Counted from the first letter of the stretch, positions 14,689 through 24,440 are shown. The stretch: DNA of 33,486 nucleotides from Candidatus Micrarchaeota archaeon (GCA_043807785.1 JAZDFO010000066.1:1-33486), one strand, 5' to 3'. Numbers and translations are program-made. Notes: generated by a model not told the origin, from the sequence alone.

Positions 14689-16191
14689 GTGGCACTGCAG
14701 CGCGCGCAATTGGTTGAAAGGCTAGCGCAGCGCGGGGTCATCATGGCGCCGGCGGCGCTCGAGGCCCTCGCAGGCGAGGAATCGGCGCTGGAATACATCG
14801 ACGAGATTGCCGGCTCGTGCAAGGAATTCGTCGTGAGCGAAAAGACAGTCGCCGGCTTTTTGGAAGGCAAGGGACTCGTAAACAAGGTCGTGCAGGTCGA
14901 GGCGGGGGAAGCAAGCGGATTTGACCCCCCGGCAAAGCACGTCGAATCGATGCTCGAGCTTTCAATCAAGGACAGCGACGTGACCGGCAAGTCCAAGTGC
15001 GGCGGCAACGTCGAGGACTTCGTCCGCCATTTCCGCAACAGGTTCGAGCGCCAGCGCGACGCCCTTCGCGGAATGCGCACGGACAGCTTCGGGACGTTTT
15101 CCATCCGCGACGCCAAAGAGCAGGTCAACAAGGAGTTCCGCGTCATCGCCATGGTCTACGACAAGAAGGTGACGAAAAACGGGCACCTGCTCATTGAAAT
15201 CGAGGACGAAGGCGGCACGGCAAACGCGCTTGTCCCAAAGGACTCGCCGCTAATGCCCGAGGCGCTCAAGATAATCCAGGACGAGGTCCTCGCCCTCGAC
15301 GTGTACGCGTCGAAATCCAAGCTCCTCATCGTAAAGGGGTTCAAGCTCCCCGGCAGCATGCTGCAGGAAAAGAGAAAGAGGCTCATCGCAGACGACATCA
15401 GCATAGCGTTCATCAGCGACATCCACATCGGCAGCAGGTACTTCATGGCCGAAAACTTCCAGCGCATGATAAGATTCCTCAACGGCCACGGCAGCGAACA
15501 GGAACGCGAGATTGCCGGCAAAATCAAGTACATTTCCATCGCAGGCGACCTCGTCGACGGCATCGGCGTCTTTCCCAACCAGGAAAAGCAGCTGCTCACG
15601 AAAAACATTTACACACAATACGAGATGCTCGGCGAGTTCCTCAAGGCGATTCCCCCGCATATCGAGGTGATAATCGCGCCCGGCAACCACGACGGCGTGC
15701 GCCTTGCCGAGCCCCAGCCCTCGCTGCCCGCGGAGTTCACCGAGAGCGTGAAAGGCCAGGCCAACCTGCACTTCGTGGGCAACCCGTCGCGGCATTCAAT
15801 CCACGGACTCGAACTGCTCATATACCACGGCACGAGCATCGACGGCCTCATCGCGCACTCGGCCGCGCTCAAGCAGGGATACGACCGGCCGGAAATCATG
15901 GGAGCGTTCATGCTCTCGCGCCGCCACATGTGCCCGCTCTACGGCGAGGACGCGGTGGTCCCCGAGGAATTCGATTACCTGCTGATTGGCGACACCCCCG
16001 ACATTTTCCACTTCGGCCACATCCACCGCAACGGCCACATAGAAGACTACAACGGCACGTTCATCGTCAACTCCGGAACATGGCAGGACCGCACAGACTA
16101 CCAGGTGCGCATGGGCCACAACCCCACGCCGTGCCTGCTGCCCGTGTACTCGCTCAAGACCGGAAAAGTGCAGGTGCTGAATTTCAAGTAA
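14689..16191 (+). CDS. DNA polymerase D small subunit (DP1, 3'-5' exonuclease)
   Basis: Calcineurin-like phosphoesterase motifs (ISDIHIGS, AGDLVDGIG, PGNHD, GHIH), about 500 aa, and it lies upstream of DP2. The exact start is uncertain (GTG 14689 or TTG 14710). Confidence 0.9.
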   Translation: MALQRAQLVERLAQRGVIMAPAALEALAGEESALEYIDEIAGSCKEFVVSEKTVAGFLEGKGLVNKVVQVEAGEASGFDPPAKHVESMLELSIKDSDVTGKSKCGGNVEDFVRHFRNRFERQRDALRGMRTDSFGTFSIRDAKEQVNKEFRVIAMVYDKKVTKNGHLLIEIEDEGGTANALVPKDSPLMPEALKIIQDEVLALDVYASKSKLLIVKGFKLPGSMLQEKRKRLIADDISIAFISDIHIGSRYFMAENFQRMIRFLNGHGSEQEREIAGKIKYISIAGDLVDGIGVFPNQEKQLLTKNIYTQYEMLGEFLKAIPPHIEVIIAPGNHDGVRLAEPQPSLPAEFTESVKGQANLHFVGNPSRHSIHGLELLIYHGTSIDGLIAHSAALKQGYDRPEIMGAFMLSRRHMCPLYGEDAVVPEEFDYLLIGDTPDIFHFGHIHRNGHIEDYNGTFIVNSGTWQDRTDYQVRMGHNPTPCLLPVYSLKTGKVQVLNFK

Positions 16192-16259
16192 CCAGCGGAA
16201 ACGCGCTTGCGGAAGGCTTAAATAGCTGTTTTCCGAATAATGAGAACAGGCTGATTAAG

Positions 16260-16535
16260 ATGACAAATGCGAATATTCGGATTAGGACTGTTTTCGTCAA
16301 CGACCGCGGGCAGATAGTCATCCCGGAGGACATCCGCAGGGACCTGGGATTGAAGGCAAACGAGGTGCTCGTGCTCATCGAGAAGGCGGGGCACATGCTT
16401 TTGCGGAGGGAAAAGGACGTCGCCCACCGTTTCGGCGCTGACGAGGAGGAGTCGTTCTGGAGGGCGCTCTCGCTAAAGGCGCTCGAAAACGCCTGGGACG
16501 AGAAGGACGCCGCGTGGGACAAGGTAAAGAAGTGA
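16260..16535 (+). CDS. AbrB/SpoVT-fold antitoxin (MazE-like)
   Basis: MTNANIRIRTVFVNDRGQIVIPEDIRRDLGLKANEVLVL is a swapped-hairpin AbrB-type motif. This is the last third of track ORF 15930..16535. Candidate TATA CTTAAATAGC lies about 35 nt upstream. Confidence 0.75.
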   Translation: MTNANIRIRTVFVNDRGQIVIPEDIRRDLGLKANEVLVLIEKAGHMLLRREKDVAHRFGADEEESFWRALSLKALENAWDEKDAAWDKVKK

Positions 16536-16541
16536 TTCGCG

Positions 16542-16880
16542 ATGATGCAGGGGGAGCTGGTCTGGGTACGGTTTCCTTACTCCGACTTGCAGCAGGAAAA
16601 AATCAGGCCTACCCTCGTGGTATCGAATACTGAATACAACCGGAAGAGCCCGGACGTTGTCGTCTGCGCGGTGACGTCCAACCTCGAGCCAAGGCCTTAC
16701 AGCATCGCACTGCCGCAGGACCAAGTGACGGACGGCAAGCTGCCTTTGCCAAGCCGCATCCGGGCGGACAAGATCATGCAAGTCAGCCAAAGCATGGTGC
16801 TCAAGGCCTTCTGCAGGGTAAAGCCCGCAGTATTCGACAGCACCTTGCGCGAAATCCAGCGGTTGACCAAACGGGAATAG
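16542..16880 (+). CDS. MazF/PemK-family endoribonuclease toxin
   Basis: GELVWVRFPYSDLQQEKIRPTLVVS plus VVCAVTSN plus SRIRADKIMQVS match the PemK fold signature. It starts 6 nt after the antitoxin gene ends. Confidence 0.85.
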   Translation: MMQGELVWVRFPYSDLQQEKIRPTLVVSNTEYNRKSPDVVVCAVTSNLEPRPYSIALPQDQVTDGKLPLPSRIRADKIMQVSQSMVLKAFCRVKPAVFDSTLREIQRLTKRE

Positions 16881-16973
16881 GGCACGCAAGCCAGCTGACT
16901 CTTTTTTATACTAAAAGCCCAGGTATCTGTGGGTAGAAGGGGGGCTCATAAGGCTAGTTCAGCAGGGTTGTTT

Positions 16974-19900
16974 ATGCCAGCAGCTTCGCCGCACATGCAG
17001 AAGTACTTCACGGAGATGGAGGCCGAGTTCTCGCACGCCCTCGCCGTAGCGCAGGAGGCGCGCTCAAAGGGCTTCGACCCCGCCGACGAGGTGGAAATCA
17101 AGCCCGCTAAAGACATCGCCAGCCGCGTCGAGGGCCTCGTCGGGCCGCCGGGAGTGGCAGACCGCATCCGCGAAATCCTCAAGGCCGAAAGCGGTAGGGC
17201 GGAAGTCGCGTTCATGATAAGCAGGGAAATCCTCGAGGAAAAGCTTCCCGCCGACCTATCCGGCGCAACAGACGCAACCGAGCGCAAGGAAAAGCTCCTC
17301 GAGCAGGCCATCCGCACCGGGCTGGCGTTTTTCACGGAAGGCGTGGTGTCGGCGCCGATTGAAGGCATCACGAAAGTCAGGATAAAGAAGAACCCCGACG
17401 GCACGGACTTCATCGCAGTATATTTCTCGGGGCCAATCCGGGGGGCCGGAGGCACCGGCCAGGCATTCACGGTAATCCTCGGCGACTACTGCAGGAAAAT
17501 CGCGGGAATCGGCGACTACCGCGCGACCCCGAGCGAGACGGACCGTTACGTGGAAGAAAGCAACCTGTACGCAGCCAAGACGCGCGCCGGACAGTATGTT
17601 CCCACTGAAGAGGAAGTCCGGCACATCGTATCAAACTGCCAGGTGTGCGTAACCGGCGAGCCGACAGAGGACTACGACGTCAACGTCAACAAGGGCACGC
17701 CCAACGTCGAAAGCGACCGCGTCCGCGGCGGCATGTGCCTTGTGCTCTCGGAAGGCATCTGCCTCAAGGCCGCCAAAATCCTCAAGATTTCCAAGAAAGG
17801 CGGCCTGCAATGGCAGTGGCTCGAGAAGCTCATCAAGGTCGCCAAGAAGTCCGAGCAGAAGACCGAGCTCAAGCCCGTCGGCAAGTTCATCGACGAAATC
17901 GTCGGCGGCAGGCCGATTTTCGCCTACCCAATGCGCCCAGGCGGCTTTCGCCTGCGATACGGCCGCACGAGGTTCACGGGAATCGCCAGCAAGGCCGTCA
18001 GCCCGGCGACGATGATTGTCCTCGACGAGTTTCTGGCCATCGGCACGCAGATGAAAATCGAGCGCCCGGGGAAAGGGTGCATAGTCACGCCGTGCGGCGA
18101 ACTCGACGGCCCGATTGTCCTGCTCAATGACGGGGAAGTGCGGCAAGTGGACACCATCGCAGCCGCCCAGGAAGTTGCGGGAAAAGTCGCCAAAGTGCTT
18201 TTCGTCGGCGACCTGCTGGTCAACTACGGCGACTTCCTCAAGGCAAACCACCCCCTCGTACCCGCGGCATGGTGCGACGAATGGTATTCGCAAGAGCTGC
18301 AATCCAAGGGCGTGAAAAAGAATCCGCAGGAACTCAAGGCGCTTAGTGCCGAAGAGGCGTTTTCGCTCTCGGCAAAGCACGGCGCGTCGCTCGCCCCGAA
18401 ATACACTTACTATTGGCACGACCTGGCTGCCGCACAGCTCAAGGCCCTGGCGGAGTGGCTTGCAAAGGGAAAGCTTTCCTTTGAATGGTTCGAGTTCAAG
18501 GGCTTTTCTCCGAGCGCCGCAGACGAGGGCGGGAAAGCCAAGTTTGCGCTTGAAACCGCCGGCGTCCCGCACAAAATGCAATTGGGCGGCATCGCATTCG
18601 AAAAGGACGTCGCAATAGCGCTGGCGCGGACGTTCGGGCTGATAAAGGACCGCGCGCTGTCACTCGATAAATTCAACGCCGCATACGCCGACGACAAGGA
18701 ACCGCTCGCGATATTGGAGGGCGCAAGCGGAGTGAAAATCCGGCGCAAGGCAGGGATTTACGTCGGCGGGAGCATGGGGCGGCCGGAAAAGGCCAAGGAG
18801 CGCAAGATGAAGCCGCCGGTGCACTCGCTTTTCCCGATCGCCGAATGGGGCGGCAAGATGCGCGGGCTGGTCAAGGCGCTGGTGCAGCTTAAGGAAAAAT
18901 CGAACGGCAAAATCGAGATAGAGGCGGAGATAAACATCTGCCCGATTTGCGGAAGGAGGGCGTTCGGCAGGCAATGCACGGCGTGCGGCGAAAAGGCCGA
19001 GAGGCGAAGGATTTGCGCAAACCCAAAGTGCGGCAAACCCAATGCTTTGGCGGACCAGAAGTGCCGCTATTGCGCTGGATCAACCAAGCTATCCCAGTTG
19101 CAGGTCGTGGACTACGCCGCCCTGTTCGAGGATGCATCCAAGCGCGTGGGCTACCGCCCCGTGGAAGTCAAGGGCGTCCAAGGCCTCATTTCGGCTACAA
19201 AGACGCCCGAGCCGCTTGAAAAAGGCATCCTGCGCGCAAAGCACCAGCTCTCCGTATTCCGCGACGGCACCTGCAGGTTCGACGGCACTGAAATCCCGCT
19301 CACGCACTTCATTCCCGCCGAATCCGGAGTTTCCATCGAGCGGCTGGCTGCCCTGGGGTATACGACGGACAAGGACGGCAAGCCGATTACCTCGCCGGCG
19401 CAAGTGGTGGAACTCAAGCCCCAGGACGTCATCCTCCCCCTCTATGGCGGGGAATATTTCACCCGCGTGGCCGCATTCGTCGACGACATGCTGGTATACA
19501 AATACGGCCTCGCGCCGTACTACAACGCAAAGGCGCAGGACGACCTCATTGGAAAGCTCGTCGTCGCAATCGCCCCGCACACGTCCGCAGGCATTCTCGC
19601 AAGAATCATCGGATTCTCGGACATGCACGGCCTGCTGGCGCACCCCTACCTGCACTGCGCTTGCAGGCGCAACGCCGACGGCGACGAGATTTCCTTCATC
19701 ATGCTGCTTGACGCGCTCATCAACTTCTCGACTTTCTTTCTGCCCGAAACGCGCGGCGGCAAGATGGACGCGCCTCTCGTGCTTACCACCCTGCTGGACC
19801 CGAACGAGATTGACGACGAGGCGCACGCGATGGACTGCGTGTCTTCCTACCCGCTGGAATTCTACGAGGCGAGCCTCAACATGGCTTCGCCAAGCGAGGC

Positions 19901-20414
19901 GGCAATCGAGACCGTGGCAAAGAGGCTCAACACCGAGGCGCAGTACGAGAACATCAGGTACACGCACGAGGCGGCGCTCGAGGGGCCGGTGCAGACGATG
20001 TACGTGAGGCTCACCAACATGCACGAAAAGGTCTCGCACGAGCTCGAGCTCATGACCAGGATTCGCGCGGTGGACTCGCAAAACGCGGCGGAGAAAATCA
20101 TCCTCTCGCACTTTCTGCCCGACCTTTACGGCAACCTCCACAAGTTCTCCAAGCAGCAGTTCCGGTGCGTAGACTGCGGGCGAAAGTTCCGGCGCGTGCC
20201 GCTTTTGGGCAAGTGCACCAAGTGCGGGGGCAAGCTTTTGCTGACCATCAACAAGGGCGGCATTAAAAAATACCTCGCGATATCAAAGGAACTGGCCGAG
20301 AGGTTCGACCTCCCGCTCTACCTCAAGCAGAGGCTGCTCCTGATAGAGAAGGAGATTGCCAACATCTTCGAAGGCGACACGAAAAAGCAGTTCAGCCTCG
20401 CAGACTATGCGTAA
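16974..20414 (+). CDS. DNA polymerase D large subunit (DP2)
   Basis: The N-terminus YFTEMEAEFSHALAVAQEARSKGFDP...VEGLVGPPGVADRIRE...GVVSAPIEGI...YFSGPIRGAGGTGQA is characteristic of DP2, and C-terminal Cys clusters are present. There is no intein. The start is ATG 16974 or 16995. Confidence 0.95.
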   Translation: MPAASPHMQKYFTEMEAEFSHALAVAQEARSKGFDPADEVEIKPAKDIASRVEGLVGPPGVADRIREILKAESGRAEVAFMISREILEEKLPADLSGATDATERKEKLLEQAIRTGLAFFTEGVVSAPIEGITKVRIKKNPDGTDFIAVYFSGPIRGAGGTGQAFTVILGDYCRKIAGIGDYRATPSETDRYVEESNLYAAKTRAGQYVPTEEEVRHIVSNCQVCVTGEPTEDYDVNVNKGTPNVESDRVRGGMCLVLSEGICLKAAKILKISKKGGLQWQWLEKLIKVAKKSEQKTELKPVGKFIDEIVGGRPIFAYPMRPGGFRLRYGRTRFTGIASKAVSPATMIVLDEFLAIGTQMKIERPGKGCIVTPCGELDGPIVLLNDGEVRQVDTIAAAQEVAGKVAKVLFVGDLLVNYGDFLKANHPLVPAAWCDEWYSQELQSKGVKKNPQELKALSAEEAFSLSAKHGASLAPKYTYYWHDLAAAQLKALAEWLAKGKLSFEWFEFKGFSPSAADEGGKAKFALETAGVPHKMQLGGIAFEKDVAIALARTFGLIKDRALSLDKFNAAYADDKEPLAILEGASGVKIRRKAGIYVGGSMGRPEKAKERKMKPPVHSLFPIAEWGGKMRGLVKALVQLKEKSNGKIEIEAEINICPICGRRAFGRQCTACGEKAERRRICANPKCGKPNALADQKCRYCAGSTKLSQLQVVDYAALFEDASKRVGYRPVEVKGVQGLISATKTPEPLEKGILRAKHQLSVFRDGTCRFDGTEIPLTHFIPAESGVSIERLAALGYTTDKDGKPITSPAQVVELKPQDVILPLYGGEYFTRVAAFVDDMLVYKYGLAPYYNAKAQDDLIGKLVVAIAPHTSAGILARIIGFSDMHGLLAHPYLHCACRRNADGDEISFIMLLDALINFSTFFLPETRGGKMDAPLVLTTLLDPNEIDDEAHAMDCVSSYPLEFYEASLNMASPSEAAIETVAKRLNTEAQYENIRYTHEAALEGPVQTMYVRLTNMHEKVSHELELMTRIRAVDSQNAAEKIILSHFLPDLYGNLHKFSKQQFRCVDCGRKFRRVPLLGKCTKCGGKLLLTINKGGIKKYLAISKELAERFDLPLYLKQRLLLIEKEIANIFEGDTKKQFSLADYA

Positions 20415-20434
20415 AAAAATAGAAGTGAGTGCAC

Positions 20435-21664
20435 ATGTTCCGCGAACTCGACATCAGGGGAAAGTACGGGGCGGAGGTCACGCCAGAGAATTTCATGCGG
20501 TTGGGCAGCGCTGCCGCCGAAATGTTCGAGGGACTGGTAGTCGGCATGGACTACAGGCCGCACAACGAAAAGCTTTTGCAGGCGTTCCTCGCCGGATACC
20601 GCAGGAAAGAGACTTTCATCGGCTTTGCGCCCTCGCCGGCAATAGCATTCCTAGCCAAAAGCTCGGGAATGTCGCTTACGGCAAGCCACAACCCGCGCGG
20701 ATACAACGGCGCCAAGTTCTTCGCCAAAAATACTTATGCCGACGAAAGCCAGATGGCGCAGTTAAAGCGCAAGTATGATTCCATTGCAATGCAGCAAAGC
20801 CAGCTTCTGCCCCTGCCACAGGCAAGGACGGAAGGGATGCTAGAATACGAGGAGAGCATCCCGGAAATCGAAGGCGGGGTTTTTGATTTGGGCGGCGGCG
20901 CGGTATGCGCGCTTGCGCACCTGTTTCCCCGGCACATCAACGGCACTCCCGACCCGTTGTTTGAAAGGCGCGACCCGGAGCCGAAGGATTCGACGCTCGG
21001 CAGGCTCAAGGAAATCACGGCGAAAGAGAAGGCCCTCGGATTCGCATTCGACGGCGACGGGGACCGCGTCATGCTCTGCGACTGCGGCACAGTCATGGAG
21101 GGAGACGTAACTGCAGCCTATGCCGCGCAATCGCTGCTTTCAAAAGGCGACGGCGTCGTGCTGAGCATCGACTGTCGGCAGGAAGTCTTCGAGGCAATCG
21201 AGGACGACGGGTTTTGCGTGCACACGTCCAAGGTCGGCGACGCCAATGTCCTGCGGATGGCGCTGGATAAGCGCGCTGCGTTTTCCGCCGAACGCTCCGG
21301 CCACTACGCGCTGCCCGCGCACGCGCCAAATTCGGACGGCATCTACTTTTCCGCCCTGCTTTCGCAAACAAGGCCCGGAGAGCTTGCGCAATACGCCGCC
21401 CGATTCCGCAACACGACGCTGAAAAAGGAGGTCTTCTGCAGAGCCGACTTCGGCAAAATCAGGGAACTGGCCGAAAGGCACGCGCCGGCGAGCGTCGTCA
21501 CCATTGACGGGGTTAAGGCTGTGTTCGAGGATTTCACGATATTATTGCGCGCTTCCACCACGGAAACGAAAGTGAGGATAAACTCCGAGGCGGCCACCCC
21601 CCAAAAAGCCAAGGAAGGCATGGCGCTGGCCGAGGAAATGCTCTCCAAGGCAAGGGTTAAATAG
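20435..21664 (+). CDS. Phosphohexomutase (phosphoglucosamine/phosphomannomutase family)
   Basis: Active-site phosphoserine loop LTASHNPRGYNG, metal loop FAFDGDGDRVM, and the sugar loop AERSGHY. Confidence 0.85.
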   Translation: MFRELDIRGKYGAEVTPENFMRLGSAAAEMFEGLVVGMDYRPHNEKLLQAFLAGYRRKETFIGFAPSPAIAFLAKSSGMSLTASHNPRGYNGAKFFAKNTYADESQMAQLKRKYDSIAMQQSQLLPLPQARTEGMLEYEESIPEIEGGVFDLGGGAVCALAHLFPRHINGTPDPLFERRDPEPKDSTLGRLKEITAKEKALGFAFDGDGDRVMLCDCGTVMEGDVTAAYAAQSLLSKGDGVVLSIDCRQEVFEAIEDDGFCVHTSKVGDANVLRMALDKRAAFSAERSGHYALPAHAPNSDGIYFSALLSQTRPGELAQYAARFRNTTLKKEVFCRADFGKIRELAERHAPASVVTIDGVKAVFEDFTILLRASTTETKVRINSEAATPQKAKEGMALAEEMLSKARVK

Positions 21665-21684
21665 CGCGCCGCGGTGCAAGATTC

Positions 21685-22146
21685 ATGGCAGTTGCCGTGC
21701 TGCATGCAGCAAGCATTTTCACGTTCTTCGACGACTTTTCGTTCATCATCCAGATACTCACGTTTACCTACATCCTCTTCCAATTATACATCACGTTCCG
21801 GGATTCGCAAATCCTATTCGGGCTGGCGTCAATCGTTGCCGCTTATTTCACCGTGCTCAACCCGCTGCCGACGACGGTTCTCGTCGTTTTCTTCGCGGCG
21901 TTCATCATGATGGGAACGCACCTGCAGATGCTCATCCAGTTCGGAGTGTACCCGCTTTTGAGGATTTTCGGGGTGGAATTGGAGCATGCAGAAATGGCCG
22001 AACAGCAGCATATGCAGAAAATCGAGAAGAAGCTCATGGAAGGCCACGAGCTCGACGACAGCGAAGTTCAATTCCTGGAAAAGCACCAGCAAAAGCAGGC
22101 GGCGTACCAGAAAAACATTCAATACTACATGAGGCCGCAGCAATGA
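21685..22146 (+). CDS. Hypothetical membrane protein
   Basis: Several hydrophobic helices followed by a charged C-terminal tail. ATGA overlap with the next ORF. Confidence 0.5.
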   Translation: MAVAVLHAASIFTFFDDFSFIIQILTFTYILFQLYITFRDSQILFGLASIVAAYFTVLNPLPTTVLVVFFAAFIMMGTHLQMLIQFGVYPLLRIFGVELEHAEMAEQQHMQKIEKKLMEGHELDDSEVQFLEKHQQKQAAYQKNIQYYMRPQQ

Positions 22147-22424
22147 CGACCATAAGCGCCGCGGGAATCGCGGAAATCATCGAATACGCCGGCTACCTGT
22201 GGTGGCTGTGGCTGTTCATCCTGGGGTATTTCTATTACAATTGGGTGCGCGAGCATTTGGCGTTCTCGCCGCTGCTGGTAATCGTCATCGGCGCGATCCT
22301 CGTCTACTACCTGGTGATCCAATACCCACTGCTTGGCTCCATTGGCCTGGTCGGGTACACGCTCATATTCTCGGGAGTGCTTTACCTGCTGCCGATGTTT
22401 TTGCCGTTCCTTAAAAAAAGATGA
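22143..22424 (+). CDS. Hypothetical small membrane protein
   Basis: 93 aa, almost entirely hydrophobic, and translationally coupled to the previous ORF. Confidence 0.5.
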   Translation: MTTISAAGIAEIIEYAGYLWWLWLFILGYFYYNWVREHLAFSPLLVIVIGAILVYYLVIQYPLLGSIGLVGYTLIFSGVLYLLPMFLPFLKKR

Positions 22425-22443
22425 AACACAAGGTGAGATTGAC

Positions 22444-22797
22444 ATGGGAAGGGTCCGCAATTTCCTGAAGGCATACCACGCCGCGCACCAGACGCGCGCC
22501 TCATGGTACCACCTGCAATGGAGGATTACCGCCGCACTGTTCTCTGCAGCCGCAGTGGCGCTAATCTACAACTTCCTGTTCTGGAGGTACAACATCTTCA
22601 TCCCCGAAATCGGCGGGTTCCTCGGCGAAAGGTACTTTTCCTGGTTCATGATAGGCGCGATATTCGGCATAGTGTGCCTTAGCGCCGTGTTTGAAGGCGA
22701 GTTCATCCTCGGAGTGCGCCGCGTGGCAAAGGAAGTCGAGCACGAGGCCAAAAGCGAATTCCGCCGCGCCCCAAAGCGCGCCAAGCGCAAGGGATAA
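22444..22797 (+). CDS. Hypothetical membrane protein with a basic C-terminus
   Basis: This is the internal Met (MGRVRNFLKAY) of ORF 22333..22797. It has two or three predicted TM helices. Confidence 0.5.
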   Translation: MGRVRNFLKAYHAAHQTRASWYHLQWRITAALFSAAAVALIYNFLFWRYNIFIPEIGGFLGERYFSWFMIGAIFGIVCLSAVFEGEFILGVRRVAKEVEHEAKSEFRRAPKRAKRKG

Positions 22798-22911
22798 AAG
22801 CGAAGGACGCCAGAACAACAAAACGCAGCGAAACGGCAATTTGCCGAAACGGGCGGATTGCCTAATGGATGCCTGCGACTGGCTCTGATTGGCTGTTTTG
22901 GGTGAAATGGA

Positions 22912-24078
22912 TTGGGCGTTGAATTCGAGCTTGACGAAGACCGAATAATAGTGCGGGACCTCATCTCAGTTCAAGCGCTCGACAAGGGATATTTCGGCAG
23001 CGAAAACCCGCAAAGCAAGGCCCAGCTCATACTCATGCCCGAAGAGGCGCTCTACCTCATTGACGTGCGCAACGCCACCTGCAGGCGCGGCAAGCGCGAC
23101 GCGTCCTTCAACGAAGTCGCGCGCAAGTTCTCCAAGGCCAAGAAATTCCTCGCAAGGTACTACTGCTACCGCGACTGGCGCGACCGCGGGCTCATTGCAC
23201 GCTCGATTGCCGAAGCGCACGGAGACTACGGCCGCAGCCCCGTATCGAAATACCCGTCGAAGGAAACCCGCTTTGAGCAAGTCAAGGCCCGCGCGCTATT
23301 CTTCACCGACGACCTCATGGCGGTAATTGACGACGACGAGGAAGGCCGCAGGCTCTACGAACAAGGATGGTTCGGGCAATTCGGCACCTACAAGGCCAAA
23401 AAGCACGGCCGGTTCCTCAAGCTCGACGCATACGAGACACTGTTTTTGATGCGCCACGCAGGGCTCAAAACCAATATCATCGAAAAGAAGCTCCTCAAGG
23501 AATGCCTGCGCCGGCGCGCGGACTTCCCCGCGCTCTACGAAGTCTACGAGGACTGGAGGCTGCGCGCCTTCGTGCTCAAGACCGGGTTCAAGTTCGGCAC
23601 GCACTTTAGGCTCTACTTCCCTGGTGCGTCGCCGGCGCTCGCCAACGACGAGTGGATGCACAGCAAGCACGTGATACAGGTCTTCCCCAGGGAAAGCAAG
23701 ATGCTCATCAGCGAGTGGGCGCGCGCAATCCGCGTCGCGCACGGAGTGAAAAAGACGTTCATTTTGGCGATTCCGGGCGCCAAAAAGCCAACTGAAGGCG
23801 CAAGCGCTGATTTTCTGCTCTACCACCGCAAGAAAGGCGGCCTGATAGAGAACCCGAAAGAGGACACTCCGAAATACGCAATGCTTGCGTTGAGCGAAGA
23901 GGAGGAAATCGGCGGCGAAGAGCTCGCCGGCGCAATCGACAACGCCAAGAACTTAGGGCTCGACCTCATGCTTTCAATCTGCGACCGCGAGACCTCGATA
24001 ACGCACTACCGCGTCAAGCGCGTCGAGCTCCCGAAAAGCAAGTACGAATACTACGAGATTGAATGGACGCAGCCGTGA
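22912..24078 (+). CDS. endA: tRNA-splicing endonuclease, single-chain three-unit architecture (388 aa)
   Basis: The central catalytic unit reads ALYEVYEDWRLRAFVLKTGFKFGTHFRLY ... HSKHVIQVF ... RVAHGVKKTFILA, giving candidates for a Tyr/His/Lys triad. An N-terminal EndA-like unit contains YCYRDWRDRGLIARS, and a third C-terminal unit follows. The start appears to be TTG 22912. Confidence 0.85.
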   Translation: MGVEFELDEDRIIVRDLISVQALDKGYFGSENPQSKAQLILMPEEALYLIDVRNATCRRGKRDASFNEVARKFSKAKKFLARYYCYRDWRDRGLIARSIAEAHGDYGRSPVSKYPSKETRFEQVKARALFFTDDLMAVIDDDEEGRRLYEQGWFGQFGTYKAKKHGRFLKLDAYETLFLMRHAGLKTNIIEKKLLKECLRRRADFPALYEVYEDWRLRAFVLKTGFKFGTHFRLYFPGASPALANDEWMHSKHVIQVFPRESKMLISEWARAIRVAHGVKKTFILAIPGAKKPTEGASADFLLYHRKKGGLIENPKEDTPKYAMLALSEEEEIGGEELAGAIDNAKNLGLDLMLSICDRETSITHYRVKRVELPKSKYEYYEIEWTQP

Positions 24079-24170
24079 CGGGAACTGCATTGGCCATTAC
24101 CACAGGAAGGAAGTGCAATCCCCCGTAAAACTGCTTGCGAGCAGGCTGAAAAAAAGGCCGCCTCCGAAAA

Positions 24171-24202
24171 GAATAAATAGTGATTTGCCATTAAATCACT
24201 AT
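24171..24202 (+). promoter_or_regulatory. AT-rich box (GAATAAATA) overlapping a perfect 10-bp inverted repeat, ATAGTGATTT (24177-24186) / AAATCACTAT (24193-24202); candidate vapBC promoter/operator
   Basis: The inverted repeat was read directly from the sequence. It lies about 40-65 nt upstream of the vapB ATG at 24243. Confidence 0.45.
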
Positions 24203-24242
24203 GCCGGTTTCGAGGCGATTGCGGTATAACGGGTGATAAGGG

Positions 24243-24440
24243 ATGTCGGTTCTGACTGTTGAATTCCGGGGCGTGCTTGAGGATGTCCTGACCGCCCTGG
24301 TCAAGCAAGGGTATGCCAAGACGAAGTCTGAAGCGCTGCGCATGGCGCTTTTGCATTACGGCGAGGAGCTCGGGCTGGTGCATAGCAGGCTGCACGCGAA
24401 GGCCGAGGAATACGCCTACGCCGAAATCAAGTCCAGGTGA
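24243..24440 (+). CDS. VapB-type antitoxin (small DNA-binding protein)
   Basis: 65 aa. Its stop codon overlaps the start of the downstream PIN gene (GTGA at 24437-24440). Confidence 0.6.
   Translation: MSVLTVEFRGVLEDVLTALVKQGYAKTKSEALRMALLHYGEELGLVHSRLHAKAEEYAYAEIKSR

Noticed and set aside
15930-16259. The first two-thirds of track ORF 15930..16535 would be part of the antitoxin gene.
   Set aside because: It overlaps the DP1 3' end out of frame and is Pro/Arg/His-rich. The AbrB-type domain starts at Met 16260, after the DP1 stop codon.
24126-24160. The hairpin CTGCT-TGCG-AGCAG after the endA stop codon could be a transcription terminator.
   Set aside because: On the coding strand it is followed by an A-run, not a T-run. 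Archaeal termination usually relies on oligo-T, so support is too weak to call.
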